A stretch of DNA of 63,968 nt, counting the filler, from Octopus bimaculoides (lineage: Eukaryota): NCBI RefSeq assembly GCF_001194135.2. It is 5 parts of 5 records of this genome, joined end to end, with 100 filler letters (N's around TTAATTAATTAA, not from the genome) between each part and the next. Parts side by side here need not be neighbours in the genome. Positions count along the whole stretch, not along the records: positions 49,872 to 63,968 come from NC_068985.1; 4 more parts are not named here. One strand, 5' to 3'. Under the pieces are notes generated by a model. It was not told the DNA's origin. It saw nothing but the letters and a program-made list of their open reading frames with translations, and searched no databases. The position numbers were made by a program, and so were the translations under genes. This document shows positions 61,881-63,968 of this stretch, in pieces. Every line of letters starts with the position of its first letter. Position 1 is the first letter of the stretch.

Positions 61881-62223
61881 GTTTTACCTCACTTAACTAT
61901 ATTCTTCAATTTCTCCTTACTCCCTCTCTTCCCACTTTCTCTCCACTAACTTTTATCTCTATCAAAACCTCTATTTTGCTTTCTATCTTTCACCTGTTGT
62001 TTATACGTATTTTCTTTCTTTCTTTCTTTAATTCTCTCTCTCTCTCTCTCTCATTATTTTTTTTACGTTTCTCTGGTTCTTTTGTCCCTTTGTCTTGGTA
62101 CGGTTTTTGTCTTTTGCTCTTTGTTTGAATTTTTCTTAATCTTCTATTTTTATTTATTTTCATTTTCCTTGAATTTGTTCTTTGTTTTACTTTTACATTT
62201 TTCAACTAATTTCNNNNNNNNNN

Positions 62224-62263
<40 letters not shown>

Positions 62264-63330
62264 AATAAATGGTACACAAACACAGACATGCGTGTGTATA
62301 TGTATGTATATACATATATACATACGCACATGCATACTCACACACACAAACACACACACATATATTCACACTAATTACAAGCATTTACATATACGTATGT
62401 GTGCATATATGTATACAGCTGGTGTAATTGCTCAACGCAATTAAGGATAGCTCTGTTGAGTGTGACTGTTCTAAACGGCATTAGAGTGCAGTAGAAAATA
62501 ATGACATAGATGTGTAACCAGGTTTAAATGAAAAACAAGAGGAGAGATATTGATTGAGCGTGAACAAGAGGGAGAGGGGGAGTGTACACACACACACACA
62601 CACCACACACACACACACATATATATATAGACACAAACACTCCCACATATATATATGTGTTTGTGTGTATATATATATATATGTCTATATATATATATAN
62701 NNNNNNNNNNNNNNNNNNNNNNNNNNNNNNNNNNNNNNNNNNNNNNNNNNNNNNNNNNNNNNNNNNNNNNNNNNNNNNNNNNNNNNNNNNNNNNNNNNNN
62801 NNNNNNNNNNNNNNNNNNNNNNNNNNNNNNNNNNNNNNNNNNNNNNNNNNNNNNNNNNNNNNNNNNNNNNNNNNNNNNNNNNNNNNNNNNNNNNNNNNNN
62901 NNNNNNNNNNNNNNNNNNNNNNNNNNNNNNNNNNNNNNNNNNNNNNNNNNNNNNNNNNNNNNNNNNNNNNNNNNNNNNNNNNNNNNNNNNNNNNNNNNNN
63001 NNNNNNNNNNNNNNNNNNNNNNNNNNNNNNNNNNNNNNNNNNNNNNNNNNNNNNNNNNNNNNNNNNNNNNNNNNNNNNNNNNNNNNNNNNNNNNNNNNNN
63101 NNNNNNNNNNNNNNNNNNNNNNNNNNNNNNNNNNNNNNNNNNNNNNNNNNNNNNNNNNCCGAGAGGATGAAAAGCGAAGTCGACCTCGGCGGAATATGAA
63201 TTTGAACGTGCAGACAGACGAAATGCCGCTAAGTATTTTTTTCCCCGGCGCGCTAACGATTCTACTAGCTCACCACTTTAATATATTTTAATCATATTAC
63301 AGTTCTATATTTAAGAGATGAGGAATTATT

Positions 63331-63518
63331 TACATTATTTGCATTATTTACATTTGACGGATATATATGTCCTCATCTTGTTTGTTGTTAACACAACGTT
63401 TCGAAATTTCCCCAAGACACCTGACGAAGGCTGGAGGGTATATCAGCCGAAACGTTGTGTTAACAACAAACAAGATGAGGACAAATATCCGTCAAATGTA
63501 AATAATGTAAATAATGTA
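63331..63518. repeat. Foldback inverted repeat (about 72-bp arms) enclosing a hammerhead motif
   Basis: 63331-63403 is the near-exact reverse complement of 63448-63518. Confidence 0.85.
63416..63461 (+). ncRNA. Minimal type I hammerhead ribozyme motif (Penelope-LTR/retrozyme-like)
   Basis: GACAC-CTGACGA-A-GGCTG(gagggtatat)CAGCC-GAA-ACGT-T-GTGTT: stem I GACAC/GTGTT, core CUGANGA, 5-bp stem II, GAAA, palindromic ACGU stem III, cleavage triplet GUU. Confidence 0.7.
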
Positions 63519-63968
63519 TATAATCATATTAATTTGTATGATTTATATTTATACAACATGTAATTATAATTACTAATGAAGAAACATCAATTTATTTTAT
63601 TTAACCTTTGATCTCAATAATTATTTATTACGGGTTAAAAACAGGACATGACGGCATCATCGACTCGTGTCTGAAGGTGACGTCTGTTGGGGCTGAGATC
63701 CAGTCCATCCTAATTATATAACAATATAACACTGGATTCAAGCTACGTGATCCGAAGTCTCAAGTCTAATTCCCTCTGAACGTTAAGAGTAATAACACGG
63801 AACCAGAACACAAGCAGAGTCTAAGCACATCCAGGCTAGTTATATTTTTTTCTCAACACCAATGATCAAACCAGAAACCCAGCAGGATCAAATGTCAAGC
63901 AGCAGTTATTTTCAAGATGGTGTAAGCAGGAACTTTTTGAACACGAACCTATATATATATATATATAT

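Overview
AT-rich, gap-ridden eukaryotic genomic DNA, almost certainly from an octopus (cephalopod). The only host gene I can support is a minus-strand lens S-crystallin (sigma-class GST derivative). Five coding exons are visible: 61797-61665, 57239-57144, 56585-56470, <=53463-53221 and 51099-50992. All visible splice junctions are GT-AG with matching phases; the exon 4 acceptor lies in a gap and the expected final exon was not found. The most striking feature is exon 4, the variable loop exon. It is a stop-free, phase-0 array of 12-nt units encoding at least 81 aa of (S/G)DMR tetrapeptide repeats, a Met-rich, charge-alternating loop that runs into the gap. The rest of the window is mostly decayed mobile DNA: many R4/Dong-like non-LTR fragments with restriction-like endonuclease (RLE) domains sitting in (AAT)n microsatellites, Tx1/L1, RTE, CR1-like and Penelope fragments, Tc1/mariner/maT relics, MITEs and several tRNA-derived SINE families. 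There is also a 5S rRNA pseudogene and a set of minimal hammerhead-ribozyme folds from several repeat families, some with non-canonical catalytic cores. Repeat boundaries are approximate, read by eye.
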